Shown piece after piece: positions 52,253 through 64,000 of a stretch of 64,000 nucleotides of DNA (position 1 is its first letter; every line of letters starts with the position of its first letter). The notes under the pieces are model-generated. The model saw only the letters and a list, made by a program, of their open reading frames with translations. It searched no databases and had not been told where the DNA came from. Source of the DNA: Mobula hypostoma (Eukaryota); NCBI RefSeq assembly GCF_963921235.1, contig NC_086108.1:80230001-80294000 (forward strand). The letters run 5' to 3'. The translations under genes and the position numbers were made by a program.

Positions 52253-53825
52253 AGTGTTTTCCCTGTGGGGCTCTATTAGCAGATTTGTGCCTTTCCACAA
52301 TATATTATATATTATGGTGAAATTGGGATAGAATTGATTAGCTGTCCTCACTTTATCAGGAATGTCTCTCTCCTGCCCAATGGAAATGGATACCAAACTT
52401 GAAAGAATAAGAACTATCTGATAAATTAATCCATATATTGAATTAATGTGATGACTTCCTGAACTTCAAACAGTCCAGAGAAGAGAGCCACCAAACCATT
52501 TACCTTTGAATAATGATTACTCCAGGGCAATATCTTTGTTTGCTCACTAAAATTCAAATAGGAGAAGCTGGAAACAGCAGATCAGTGCTTGTAAAGAGAA
52601 GGGGTGGTTGATATGAAGACATAAGGATGTGTCTTGGGCTTCCTCTTCTGAACAACTGTAAAATATGTACAAGCTTGCCAAAAACACGGAGAGAAATGCA
52701 AGTAAAAAGGAAGCATTATTTATTGGATAAAAAGCATCCATTAAATAAAACATAATGGATGTATGAATAGCTCAAGCATGGGGATTGAAAAGAAGTCATT
52801 CATGTCTACGGACTCGATGTCTGGATACTACCTTCCAAACTGATGTCTTGCAGGATGTGAAATGTTTGTACTTAATTTGGTAGCCATAGGTCTCAGAATT
52901 TTTTTAAATAGCATGACAACATTTTCACTCTTTAGCTGGTGATTTTGTGTCTGCCCTAGTTGGAATCTTTGAATATCAGAAAGAAGGCAGCCACAAGGTA
53001 AAGTCTGAGGAGAAGGGGAGGTGGAGATTAAAAGAACATGCTTACACTGTTGGCACCATGAGTGTGGCACAAGCAGGAAGTGTATTGTGAGGAGGATGTT
53101 TTAGCATAAAAATACTGTTATATAGAGCTACGCTGTTACAGTTTGTGATGGAATTTAGGCTGCAATGTGGGAAGGCGAGGTCCAGCTGCTGCTGGTAATG
53201 CACCACCATATCACAATGTGTTAGTGAATGCTGTGGATTGTTTGACACACTGAATTGTTGGCAGAATGTGAAAAGTGTGAGCTATGTTTGTAAGGCTTTG
53301 TGTGCCACTGGGTATGCAAGATAGAGCACAGGAGTATTCAATCCCGGTCTTGATTACGTGCAGCAATTCTTTGCATTTGACGCATTGTGCAGCACCTTGC
53401 AGAAATTATGTAGACCATATCTATGCACATCTCATCCTCACCGACTTCATTGTTCCTCAAATAGAAAGAGGTTCAACACTCTTAAGCATTGGCTGGTTCA
53501 TTGTCTGCAGGAAGAGCATCAGCCATCATGGTGGACCCCAGCTATGGAGAGACGAGATCACATGCAAGTCATTCTTGATAAGTACAAATATGTTAATGGT
53601 TCACGTGCTTCCCTTTTAAGTCACGGTTATACTTAACCATGCCAAGTTATGATACCTTAAAATTAAGTCTAATGCTAGTTTATTTCCTGTTGCTGCCTGT
53701 AAGGAGTTTGTATTTTTTCCCCATGACTGCATGGGTTTCCTCCGGGTTCTCCGGTTTCCTCCCACAGTCCAAAGATGTAACAGTTGGTAGGTTAATTGGT
53801 CATTGTAAATTATCCTGTGATTAGG

Positions 53826-54475
53826 AGGGGGGAGGAGAAGATGATGGTGCAATGCAGCGTGCGCAGCCGCTCCGAATGATATCGTATTTGTGAACTAGGA
53901 AGCGGTACACAATCCTGATTTGATGGAGACAGCCGTGAGAAGCACGGAGGAACACCTGGAGAAACTTCTGAAATGCCCGCTTCGCTGCTGCTGTGCGATC
54001 GAGAATCTCCGGAGGGGAAGGCCCCAAATCCTCGGCTTTGCCTATTGCTGGGGCCGGGGTCGAAACGCTCGGCAGAGATGGTGCTCGGTGTTGGAGGGCT
54101 GGTCGGAGGCTTGAAGTTTTCGGACGGACTCAAGAGTCAGCTGTGGTCGGGTGCTTCCAGGGTGCTGCATCGGCAAGTTTGCGGCGCTGGAAGCTCATGG
54201 CAGGAAGAGAGTTTCTCTTCCTTCTACAGTCTGTGTGAGATGATGGGACTTTCGAGAGACTTTGAGACTTTTTACCGTGCCCATGGTCTTGTTCATCAAG
54301 TTACGGTTGTGACTATATTTTATAATTACGTGGTTTTTGTCAGTTTTTTTAGTCTTGGTTTGTCTTGTGTTTCTGTGATATCATTTTGGAGGAACAAATT
54401 GTATCATTTCTTAATGTATGCTTTACTAAATGACAAAGAGGACTGCGTGTCCTCATAATCTAATCTAATCTAATC
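53826..54475 (+). mobile_element. CpG-rich non-autonomous retro-element with (AATCT)n tail, inserted in an HE1-like SINE
   Basis: Starts ggagaagatgatggtg and ends aatctaatctaatctaatc. SINE halves lie at 53690-53823 and 54476-54540. Confidence 0.6.
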
Positions 54476-56758
54476 ATTAAATTGGGGGATTGGTGGGGGC
54501 CATGGCTCAAAGGGCCTACTCCGGACTGCATCTCAGTAGATAAACAATTACTGTGGGAACGAGAGGCTAACGGCCAGGCTGTATGTCACCCCCGTACTGT
54601 TTGATCCTGAGCCTGCACCGTCAGTCTTTTAACTTCCAGTGTTTGTGATCGGGCCAAGAATCAACTTCATTTGCCACATATATTTGCACGTATTAGGAGT
54701 TTGCTGTAGTATGTTGGTCAGGGTGTGACAGATAACCAAAAGCGATGATACAGAATAAAGAATTTTGTAAAAAGTGAAGTTTTAGGTTAAAGGAAGGATT
54801 GTGGAATAAAATGTGCATAACTACCAGCATGTATTTACAATATAAACAGCTTTATAAAAAATGATTTAAAGTGTCTGCGGTGCAGTGATAGGGGTAATAA
54901 GGGGTAGTGAGGGGAGGCTAATAAAAAGGTTGATCTGATTACCTGCCTTGGGGAAGAAAATTTTAAAGTGTTGTCACTCTTTTGTTTTAATAGCTCTATA
55001 GTACTTTGCAGAAGGACACTTTTGGAAAAGGCAGGTTTCATCTTTGGTAGATACAACATAGTCACAACAGACACACACTAGGGCACTTCCTGGATTAGTG
55101 TAAAATAATGTGGGTAAGTCCAGATAATGGACCTTATTGTTGTTGCAGCTGGAGACTGAATCAGCCAAATATAAAAAAATTTACAGGAATGGTGCTGATT
55201 GGGATTGCTGGAGGTGATGGATGGGAAGCGACGCAGAGAGGATTGTGAAGGAATGGTGATTTGCTTCCTGAGATGTGATGCATTGATGATCCTGACCATT
55301 GCACTTGTAGCCACACCGAATTCAGGTCCTCGAGATTGCACTGTTTCATAGTGCCGACAGATGTATCACCTCACTCTGCCAGGCCCTGCTGCCATCCTGC
55401 AGTTGGACTACATTCCTTTTCCTGTCCACCGCATTGAACAAGGTGTTCGGAGTTGCATAGGAAAATAGAGGAGCCCCCCCCCCCCAACTATCTATCATGT
55501 TGAACCATCTGCACCCACAAGCTGCAAAAGCCTTTGTCATGTCACCCAGCAGCAGCTGCAGCCATGGTGGCCCTCCCCTTTAAGAAGTACAAGCTACCTT
55601 AAAGTGATGCTAGCTACATGCAGGCAAAGGTCAATTGATGATGTACTAAGGTAATGAGTAACATTATTAGCACTGACTAGGGCTTGAAATCATGAAGCCA
55701 AACTGGTGTGTGTGCATTAGGATCCCAGTACTACTTTTCCATCTCCATCAACTTTGGCATTTGTACTATTTATTGCTATTTCAATAAGTGCACTTTTCCT
55801 TTAATGTTTCTGAAACACAGAATATTCTTTACATTAAGAGCCTTACTTAAGTACAGAGGTGTCCACATTCCCTTTGTCCTTTCAACAGTTGCATACCAAA
55901 AGCCCATCTGCATGCTCCTGTGAAGTTGAACCTATCATGCTAAGTCTAGCATAACATATATTTTCATTCATCCTTACTGCATATAAATCACATTTTTTTT
56001 ACACTAGGAATAGAACACCAACACTCCCAAGCCCCCGAAATCTAGATAAAACCAGGAGAATGCATTACTATTTAAATCATTAAACCACACAAATGTAGAA
56101 AAATAAATTGTAAATTTTCCTGCAGGCTCAGGCACCTTGTATGATGATTGATGGACCACTCCTTTGCCCTCAGATTTATGAAGGAGAGAATTTACTGTCC
56201 TTTGATTTAACATATCTTTGTAGGAACAAGAACTAGCAGGGATGGATTACAGATGGATTAAGGCTATTATGGAGATAATGAGAACTTTAATCACAAGTAT
56301 TTAATCCTCAATCACCTGTTAATTTATAATTGGCCAAATAACCCACAATGTGAATTAGCTTATAACTGAGAACATGCAGAACAACTAAATTTGGCCCAGT
56401 GACTAAAAGCTTATAAAATATGTAATTTGCAAGTTTGCATGCTTTTCCTTTGGCTTGATTATAGAAAGCAAGTTAGAAAGAATGAGAAAGTCAGAGTCAA
56501 ATAGCATGGTAAACAAGTCTTCAGCACACTGAGTGTAGCCAACCACCGAGGAGTCATGACACTAATCCTACATTATTCCCCCTTTATTGCCTCTGTCCTT
56601 CCATCAACACTCCCTCCTCACTGGATTTTGTTATTCACGTATACAGAGGCTATTTATAGTTGTCAATTAACTGACCAAACCACACGTTTTTGACCTGTGG
56701 AAAGAAATGAGAGCACCCAAGATAAGCCCATGTGGTCACAAGAAGAACATCAAAATTC

Positions 56759-57131
56759 TTTTTTTCCCAATATTTTTATTACATTTATTAAATTCCATAT
56801 ACATAAATACAGAATTCATAAGGATACTTATATCAAAAGGTAGCACATAATGCACTATATATAAATCACACTGATGCAATCATGGTATCCCATATTCATG
56901 ATCAATCAAATAAAATAAGCTGAATTATGAAATACAATAATATGGTTAATTATATTATTAAAAAATCTACACCCACTACCAAGACAAAGCTGGTTGGTTA
57001 AAAAAAAGTACTTTACCATATAGTGTTTTGTAATAATAGCCCAGATCTATATTTTAATAAGAATAACAATTCAAAGATTTTAAAAATAGTTCAGAAAGGG
57101 TCCCCATAACGTTTGAAAATCTTGACTAGAA
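56759..57131 (-). mobile_element. L1-clade 3' end (different subfamily) inserted in a SINE
   Basis: Minus frame FQTLWGPFLNYF (compare FEQIWGPFIRYF), poly-T on the plus strand, TSD atcaaaattc / atcagaattc. Confidence 0.65.
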
Positions 57132-57727
57132 ATCAGAATTCCATATAGTGCATCAGCGATCAGGGTTGAATTCAGGTCGTTGGAGCCATGAGGGACCAGC
57201 TCTACTAACTGTGCTACTGTGTCATCCTAAGTACGATTCCAGATACTGACTGCATTTTACATATGGTTCTTGATGATGGAAAAAGAATGACACCAATTTG
57301 AAAACACTTGCACCTTCCCAGATTGCATTTAAAACAATTGCTTAGTAATCTGTTCTTGGTCAGTAGCACTAAAGTTGTGCTATTGTTCCATCTGCATCTT
57401 GAACTTTACCTCAGCAATTTAATTAAACTTTGGATTTGAACTACCTACATGCTGATGCTACTATATACAGGTGATTTCCGCAACATGGCCAGTCAGGTAA
57501 TTCAAATTCACCCTTGCAAAATTCACAAACCATTACCCATAAATTTGAGAAGCGAAATAAAATTCACTTTCACAGAATTAATGACAAAGAAGAGTAAATA
57601 TATAAACACAAAATTTACTTTTTTTACAGCTTGGGTTCCTTGATGCATGTGAAGATAATGCAGTTTCACAATAATAAAAATCATGATACGGATGGTTTTA
57701 GGGAGGTAACCTCTTTAGAAATCTCCA

Positions 57728-58028
57728 AGGTTCTGGAACAGTTATTCCCCCTTTACCATCAAGCTTCTGAACCACTGTGGAAAACTTCACTCACCTCAAC
57801 ATTGAACTGATTCCACAACCTATGGACTCACTTTCAAGGAGTCTGCAACTCGTATTTTCAGTATTATTTATTATTATTTGTGCAGCTTGTCTTTTTCACA
57901 TTGGTCGTTTGTCAGTCTTTATTTGTATGTGGTTTTTCACTAATTCTATTGCAGTTCTTCTACTGTGAATGCCTGCAAGACAATGAATCTCATGTACTTT
58001 GATAATAAATTTACTTTGAATGTTGAAC
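57728..58028 (+). mobile_element. Rex-Babar type A 3' UTR fragment
   Basis: Homologous to 400-750, with tail aataaatttactttgaa. Confidence 0.75.
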
Positions 58029-58224
58029 TCCCTATAATGCAGGGATTGCCCATACTGTATTTAAGAGAAAAACACCATGTTTGAATGATTATAAATGAAA
58101 AGTGCCAATTATTCTCAGTGGTACACTTGTATATACTTTCACATATTCATATACATTATTGAGCATTGACACAATATGAATAATTTGGAGGGAGAATGGT
58201 AAATGTATGCTCGGGAATCCACCT

Positions 58225-59340
58225 TCATAAAACCATAAGATAGAGCAGAATTAGGCCATTTGGCCCATTGAGTCTGCTCGCCATATCCCTGACCAATCAA
58301 TTTAGAAACCTCTGCCTTATATATACACAAAGGCATAGCGTCCACAGCTGCCTACGGCAAAGTTTTCCATAAATTCACCACTCTCTGGCTGAATAAGTTC
58401 CTCCTCATCTCCATTCTAAAAGGACGCCCCTTTACTGAGGCTGAATCCTCTGGTCTTAGACTCTCCCAACATACGAAACGCCCCCTCCACATCTACTCTA
58501 TCAAGGCCTTGCACCATTTGAAAGGCTTCAATGAGGTCACCCCTCATTCTTCTGAATTCTAGTAAACATAGGCCCAGAGCATCAGATACCTTTCACATGA
58601 CAAGCCATTCAATCCTGGAATCATGTTTGTGAACCTCCTTTGAACCCTCTCCAATTTCAGCACATCCTTTTCAAGACAAGGGGCCCAAAACTGCTCGTAA
58701 TACTACAAGTGAGGCCTCACCGGTGCTTTATAAAGTCTCAACATTACATCCCTGCTTTTATATTCTGGTCCTCTTGAAATGAATGTTAACATTGCATTTG
58801 CCTTCCTCACCACATACTCAACCTATAAATTAACCTTCAGGGGATCCTGCACAAGGATTCTCAAGTCTCTTTGCGCCTCAGTTTTTCTTTTGTATTTTCC
58901 CTCCATTTAGAAAATAATCAACCCTTTCATTTCTTCTGCCAAAGTGCATAACCATATATCTCCTGACACTGTATTCATCTGCCATTTCTTTGCCCATTCT
59001 CCTAATCCACCCAAGTCATTCTGTGGCCTCTGTACTTCCTCAGAGCTAACTGCCCCTCCAACTATCTCTATATCCTTTGCAAACTTTGCAACAAAGCCAT
59101 CAATTCCATCATCCAAATCATTGACAAATAACAAAAAGAATCACTCCCAATACAGACCCCTGTGAACACTACCAGTCACCGACTCCCTTTATTCCCACTC
59201 TTTACCTCCTGCCAATCAGCCATGTTTATCCATGCTAGAATCTTTCCTGTAATACCAAGGTTTCTTAGCTTGTTAAACAGCCTCATGTGTGGCACCTTGT
59301 CACAGGCCTTCTGAAAATCCAAGTACACATCAACCATTTC
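58225..59340 (-). mobile_element. CR1 ORF2 3' part, degenerate
   Basis: VNDLDDGIDGFVAKFA..DLGGLGEWAKKWQM, plus a CR1 tail. Confidence 0.85.
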
Positions 59341-59344
59341 TTTG

Positions 59345-60960
59345 TTGAATAACAAAATAGTGCAAAAACAGAAATAAAAGTACTGAGGTGATGAACATTT
59401 AGGAACCGGATGGCAGAAAGGTCAAAGCTGCTCCTGTATTGCTAGGTGTGTGCCTTCAGGCTGCTGTACCTCCTCCCTGACAGTAACAATGAGAAGAGGG
59501 CATGTCCTGGGTGATGGGGGTCCTCATTGATGGATGCCACCTTTGAGCCACTGCTCCTTGATGTCTTGGATACTATGGAGGCTAGTACCCAAGATGGAGC
59601 TGGCTAAATTTACAACTTCCTGTGTATTTTTCGGTACTGTGCGGTTGCCCGCACCCCCCATACCCAGACAGTGATGCAGCCTGTCAGAATGCTCTCCATG
59701 GTACATCTGTAGAAGTCTTTGAGTGTCTGAGGTGACAAGCCAAATCTCCTCAGATTCCTAATGAAATATAGCCACTGTCTTGCCTTTTTATAGCTGCATC
59801 GATGTGTTGGGACCAGGTTAGATCCTCAGAGATCTTGACACCCAGGAACTTGAAATTGCTCGCTCTCTGCACTTCTGATCCCTCGATGAGGATTAGTTCG
59901 TGTTCCCTTGTCCTACCCTTTCTGAAGTCCACAATTAGCTCTTTGGTCTTACTGGCGCTGAGTGCAAGGCTGCTGCTCGACACCACCCAACTGGCTGGTG
60001 TATCTCGCTCCTGTACGCCCTCTCGTCTCCAGCTGAGATTCTGCCAACAATGAATTTATAGATGGCATTTGAGCTATGCCTAGCCACACAGTCATGGGTA
60101 TAGAGAGAGAGCAGTGGGCTAAGCACACATCCCTGAGGTGCGCCAGTGTCGATCGTCAGCGAGGAGGAGTTATTAATACTAATCCGCCCAGATTGTGGTC
60201 ATCCGGTTAGGAAATCGAGGATCCAATTGCAGAGGGAGGTACTGAAGTCCAGGTTCCGTAGCAAAGCGATCAGGACTGTAGCAATGGTGTTAAACGCTGA
60301 GCTATAGTCAACGAACACAGCACCCTGACATAGGTGTTCGTATTCCAATCACAAAGAGAAACTCCGCAGATGCTGGAAATCCAAGCAACACACACAAAAT
60401 GCTGGAGGAACTCAGCAGGCCAGGTACCATCTATGAGGGGGAAAAAAAGGACAATCGACGTTACTGGCCGATAGCCTTCACCAGGACTGGTATTTGTATT
60501 GTCCAGGTGATCCAAGGCGATGTGAAGAGACATTGAGATTGTGTCCGTCGTAGACTTGTGGCGTTAGGCAAATTGCAGCGTGTCCAAGTCCATGCTGAGG
60601 CAGGCGATGATTCTGGTCATGACCAACCTCTCAAAGCATTTCATCACCGTAGATGTGAGTGCCAGTGGACGATCGTCATTCAGGCAGCTCACATTACTCT
60701 TCTTGGTTACTGGAATAATTGTTGCCCTTTTGAAGCAGGTGCGAATTTAGGACCATAGCAATGAGAGGTTGAAAATGCCCTTGGATACTCCTGCCAGTTG
60801 CTTGGCACAAGTTTTCTGAGCCTTACCAGTACTCCATTAGGTCCTGCCGCCTCACGAGAGGCAGCCTGATATCGGCCTTCGAGACAGATCACAGGGACCC
60901 GGGTACAGCAGGGATCTTCACGGCTGTAGCTATTTCCTCTTTTTCAAAGCGGGCATAACC
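59345..60960 (-). mobile_element. Rex-Babar type B LINE (RT region), with Penelope pLTR insertion at about 60345-60488
   Basis: [43 protein letters not shown] and KTKELIVDFRK. Confidence 0.85.
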
Positions 60961-61084
60961 CTTTTAGGAAACAAAATGTTGGAGGAACTCAGCAGGCCAG
61001 GCAGCATCTATGGAAAAAAGTACAGTCGACATTTTGGGCCGAGACCCTTCGGCAGCCCTGTGATCTGTCTCGGAGGCCGACGTC

Positions 61085-63250
61085 AGTCCTGTCACCTCTT
61101 TCTAAAGAATTGACTTCACTTTTTAAAAAGAAAAACAGAGCAACGCCGCCCCCTCTGCCTTCCTGCCTGTCCTTTCGATACCACGCGTATCCTTGGACAT
61201 TAAGCTCCCAGCTATATAGTCTTCTTTCAGCCATGACTCTGTGATGCCTACATCATCATACATGCCAATCTGTAACTGTGCTACAAGTTCATCTACATTA
61301 CACTTCCAGTCCTGCATTCACCCCTTTCGATTTTGTCCGCCTTTTACATTGCAAGTCATCCTGCAATTTTCCCCATCAACAGCCTCTCCTCACTACACTT
61401 TGTCTGTTTGTAAACCAGCTACTTTATCTTCAGCACTATCATCCGCCTTCCCTACGATACTTCTTGCATTGAAATATACGCAGCTCAGGACACTAGTAAC
61501 ATGCTCAACCTTTTGATTCCTAACTTTGTCTGAGGTCTTACCAACATCTGCCTCCAGAACCTCTCCACTAAATGTTCTGACACTCTGCTTCCCATCCCCC
61601 TGCAACTTTAGTTTAAACCCCATGCAGCATTACAAACCTTTCTGCTAGGATACAAGTCTCCCTTCATCATCATCATGTGCCATACTCTGCCAGAGCCTCG
61701 GCGACCACTTCCTTCCGCTGCGATCTGTCGCCAGTCAAACCTCTTGCATCTCTGGCGGTGAGGCCGGTCCACTTCTTGATGTTGTCGATCCAGGTTGTCC
61801 TCTGTCTGCATCGGGAGCGGCTTCCTTCTGCTCTGCCTTCAAGCACAGTGCGTTCCAGTGTGTCATCAGTTCTTCAGATGTGTCCAAAATACCAAAGTTT
61901 CCTTTGGATAATGGTTTCCAGAAGTATTGGTTTTGTGCCAATCCTTTCTAGGATGAAATTGTTGGATCTCCTTTCAATGTATGGTACCCCGAGGATCCGT
62001 CTGTATGTCCACATTTCAAATGCTGTCAACTTATTTTCATCAGCTGCTTTGAGGGTCCATGTTGCACAACCATATAGGGTTACTGGCCAGACGGGACTCT
62101 TGAGGAGGCGTATCTTGGTGTTAGTGCTCACAGATCTAGTCTCCCTTCAGTTCAAGTCAAATCGTCTCTTCACAGGCCGCACCTTCCCTGGAAGAGACCC
62201 AGTGATCCAAAAACCTTATGTCCTCCCTCCTCCAGCAACTCCTTAGCCGCGTATTAAACTGCATAATTTTCCTATTTCTGGCCTCTCTAGTACGTGTCAC
62301 AGGTAACAATCCTGAGATCACAACCCTGGAGGCCCTGCCCTTTAATTTAGCACCTAACTCACAGAACCCCCTCTGCAGAACGTCGTCATTCCAACTACCC
62401 ATGTCATTGGTACCTAAATGGACTACGACCTCTGGCTGTGCACCCTCCCACTCAAGAATGGCGAGGACTCGATCTGGGATCTTGGCACCCGGCGGAGGGG
62501 GCAACATAGTTTCTGGAAATTTCATTTTCGCCCACAGAATCGCCTGTCTGTTCCCCTATCACCATAGCGTGCTTCTTCTCTCCGCACCCCCGCCCTTTCC
62601 CTTGAGTCGCAAAGGCAGACTCAGTGCCAGAGACCCGACCGCTGTGAGTTTCCTCTGTTAGGTCAACCCCCCTCCCCCTAAACAGTATCTCCTGTTGTTG
62701 AGGGCGATGGCCACGGAATACTCTGCACTGGCTCCTTAACCCCTTTCCCTTTCCGACTGTCACCTAGTCTCCTGTGTCCTGCACCTTAGGTGTAACTACC
62801 TCTCCATATATCCTGTCTATCACCTCTTTAGCCTCCCGAATGATCATCCAATTCCAGCTCCAACTCATTAACGCGGATTGTTAGAAGTTTCAAGTGAATG
62901 CAGGGCCACTGGAGTTCTCCCTGCCTTCACACATCCCGCGAGAGGGGCATTCCTTGTTCTGCCTGACATCTCCACTGTCCTAACTGAGCAGATATAAAGA
63001 AGGGAAGGGGGAAAAAACTTAACCTAGGTCTTCTATTTTCTTTTGCTTCCTCTGACTGAAGCTTCAAGATCACCACTCTCCACTCAGATAATGGCCGGGG
63101 GCGCTTGCCCCTACCTTCCTTTAATTTGCTCTTGCTAATGAATTGCAAATGTGGATTGGGCGCTAGTCAATGCTCTGTTACGTTTGCTGCTGCCTTCTTC
63201 TACTCGGGCACTGGACCCGAATGACATCTCCTCCTTTGAACCTTCCGATG
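61085..63250 (-). mobile_element. CR1 5' portion: ORF1 SGNH-esterase and start of the APE domain, degenerate
   Basis: PGAKI..EGAQPEVVVHLGTNDMG..VVISGLLPV, LSCVYFNARSI and DELVAQLQIGMYDDVGITESWL. Confidence 0.85.
61667..62137 (-). mobile_element. RTE-clade LINE 3' fragment inserted in CR1 ORF1
   Basis: KIRLLKSPVWPVTLYGCATWTL..AFEMWTYRRIL, (ATG)n tail, and 12-bp TSD agtctcccttca (61655-61666, 62138-62149). Confidence 0.9.
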
Positions 63251-64000
63251 TCTGGATTGGTCGCTGGTCAACGCTATTTAGTTTAAAGGTTGGCAGTGGA
63301 AGATTAGTATTCGGGGACGCAGAGGAGAGCCCAAATCACTTAACAGCCATAAATGAGAAAAGCATTTCAAATTTTCTGAAAGTACTGTATTACATTAAAA
63401 ATGTACAGATAAACGTTAGTTCCACTTGTAAACTACCCTCATGAGTGTTAGAGTTGTTCCCTAACCCCTACAATATATCTATTTTGGAGAATTTTGCCAA
63501 CCTGAGGAGATTCTGCAGCCTATCCTGCTTAACATTTTTAACCTGTTAATTTTTTTTTCACATTTACTAGAAACCCTTGTAATCTTACACTGTACCTATT
63601 ATATCACTTTCTGTGTTATCTTGTTCACTGCACCTTTATCACAATGTCATCCTTTTAAATTCCAGGTCAGTTTTGAGGCAATTAGTTTAACTGAACTGAT
63701 GTATTTATTTTACATTTTACGTTTTTCATCCCGGGACTGTTTCATTGTACCTTATAGGTTTCATCTCTAGAGACTTGCCATCGTTATTCCATTAAGACAG
63801 GGTGAAATGAACTAATTGTAATTGATGGAGACCATTATGGAGTCTGAACACCAGTATTTGACATTGTTGTTGTCCTTTTCGGACTCACCGCTTGCACTCA
63901 TTGACCATGGTCGCATTCTCCCGAGCTTTGCCTGCGTCTGTAAGGCAGGTCTTATTGGCCCAGAAGATCCCAGAGCTAAGTGATGAGACCTGAGAGGCAA

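Noticed and set aside
52980..53640. Coding-looking unique stretch with 92-111 aa ORFs
   Set aside because: I recognise no motif, frames have stops, and there is no consistent splice structure. BLASTX would be needed.
53826..54300. CpG-rich stretch as a promoter, or 161-aa ORF as a gene
   Set aside because: It lies in a retro-element with an (AATCT)n tail inserted in a SINE. CpG retention reflects youth.
3302..61060. Recurring gctgcctggcctgctg / ccagcatctgcaga motifs as a CRISPR-like array
   Set aside because: They are dispersed, occur in both orientations and have no regular spacers. They are Penelope terminal repeats.

Overview
This is vertebrate genomic DNA, most likely from a cartilaginous fish (inferred from the repeat repertoire: CR1, Rex-Babar, Penelope, HE1/V-SINE-like SINEs). 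The only confidently recognisable gene is the 5' end of EIF2B3 on the minus strand: a CpG-rich promoter and non-coding exon near 10 kb, and the first coding exon at 8681-8839. The rest is intronic or intergenic and dense with transposon debris, often nested and with readable target-site duplications (TSDs). Most provided ORFs are TE remnants or noise. The most notable structures are: (1) a minimal hammerhead ribozyme motif in the Penelope terminal repeat; (2) a family of short, fold-back, TSD-flanked Penelope-derived micro-insertions; (3) a multi-layer TE nest at 28.0-32.7 kb; (4) two young L1-clade copies truncated at almost the same point; (5) a SINE that captured 81 bp of nearby DNA; (6) two perfect GLI consensus sites in unique, regulatory-looking DNA at a locus that neighbours PTCH2 in human. 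I see no prokaryote-type system such as CRISPR or an operon. All calls were made by eye, and boundaries of old repeats are approximate.
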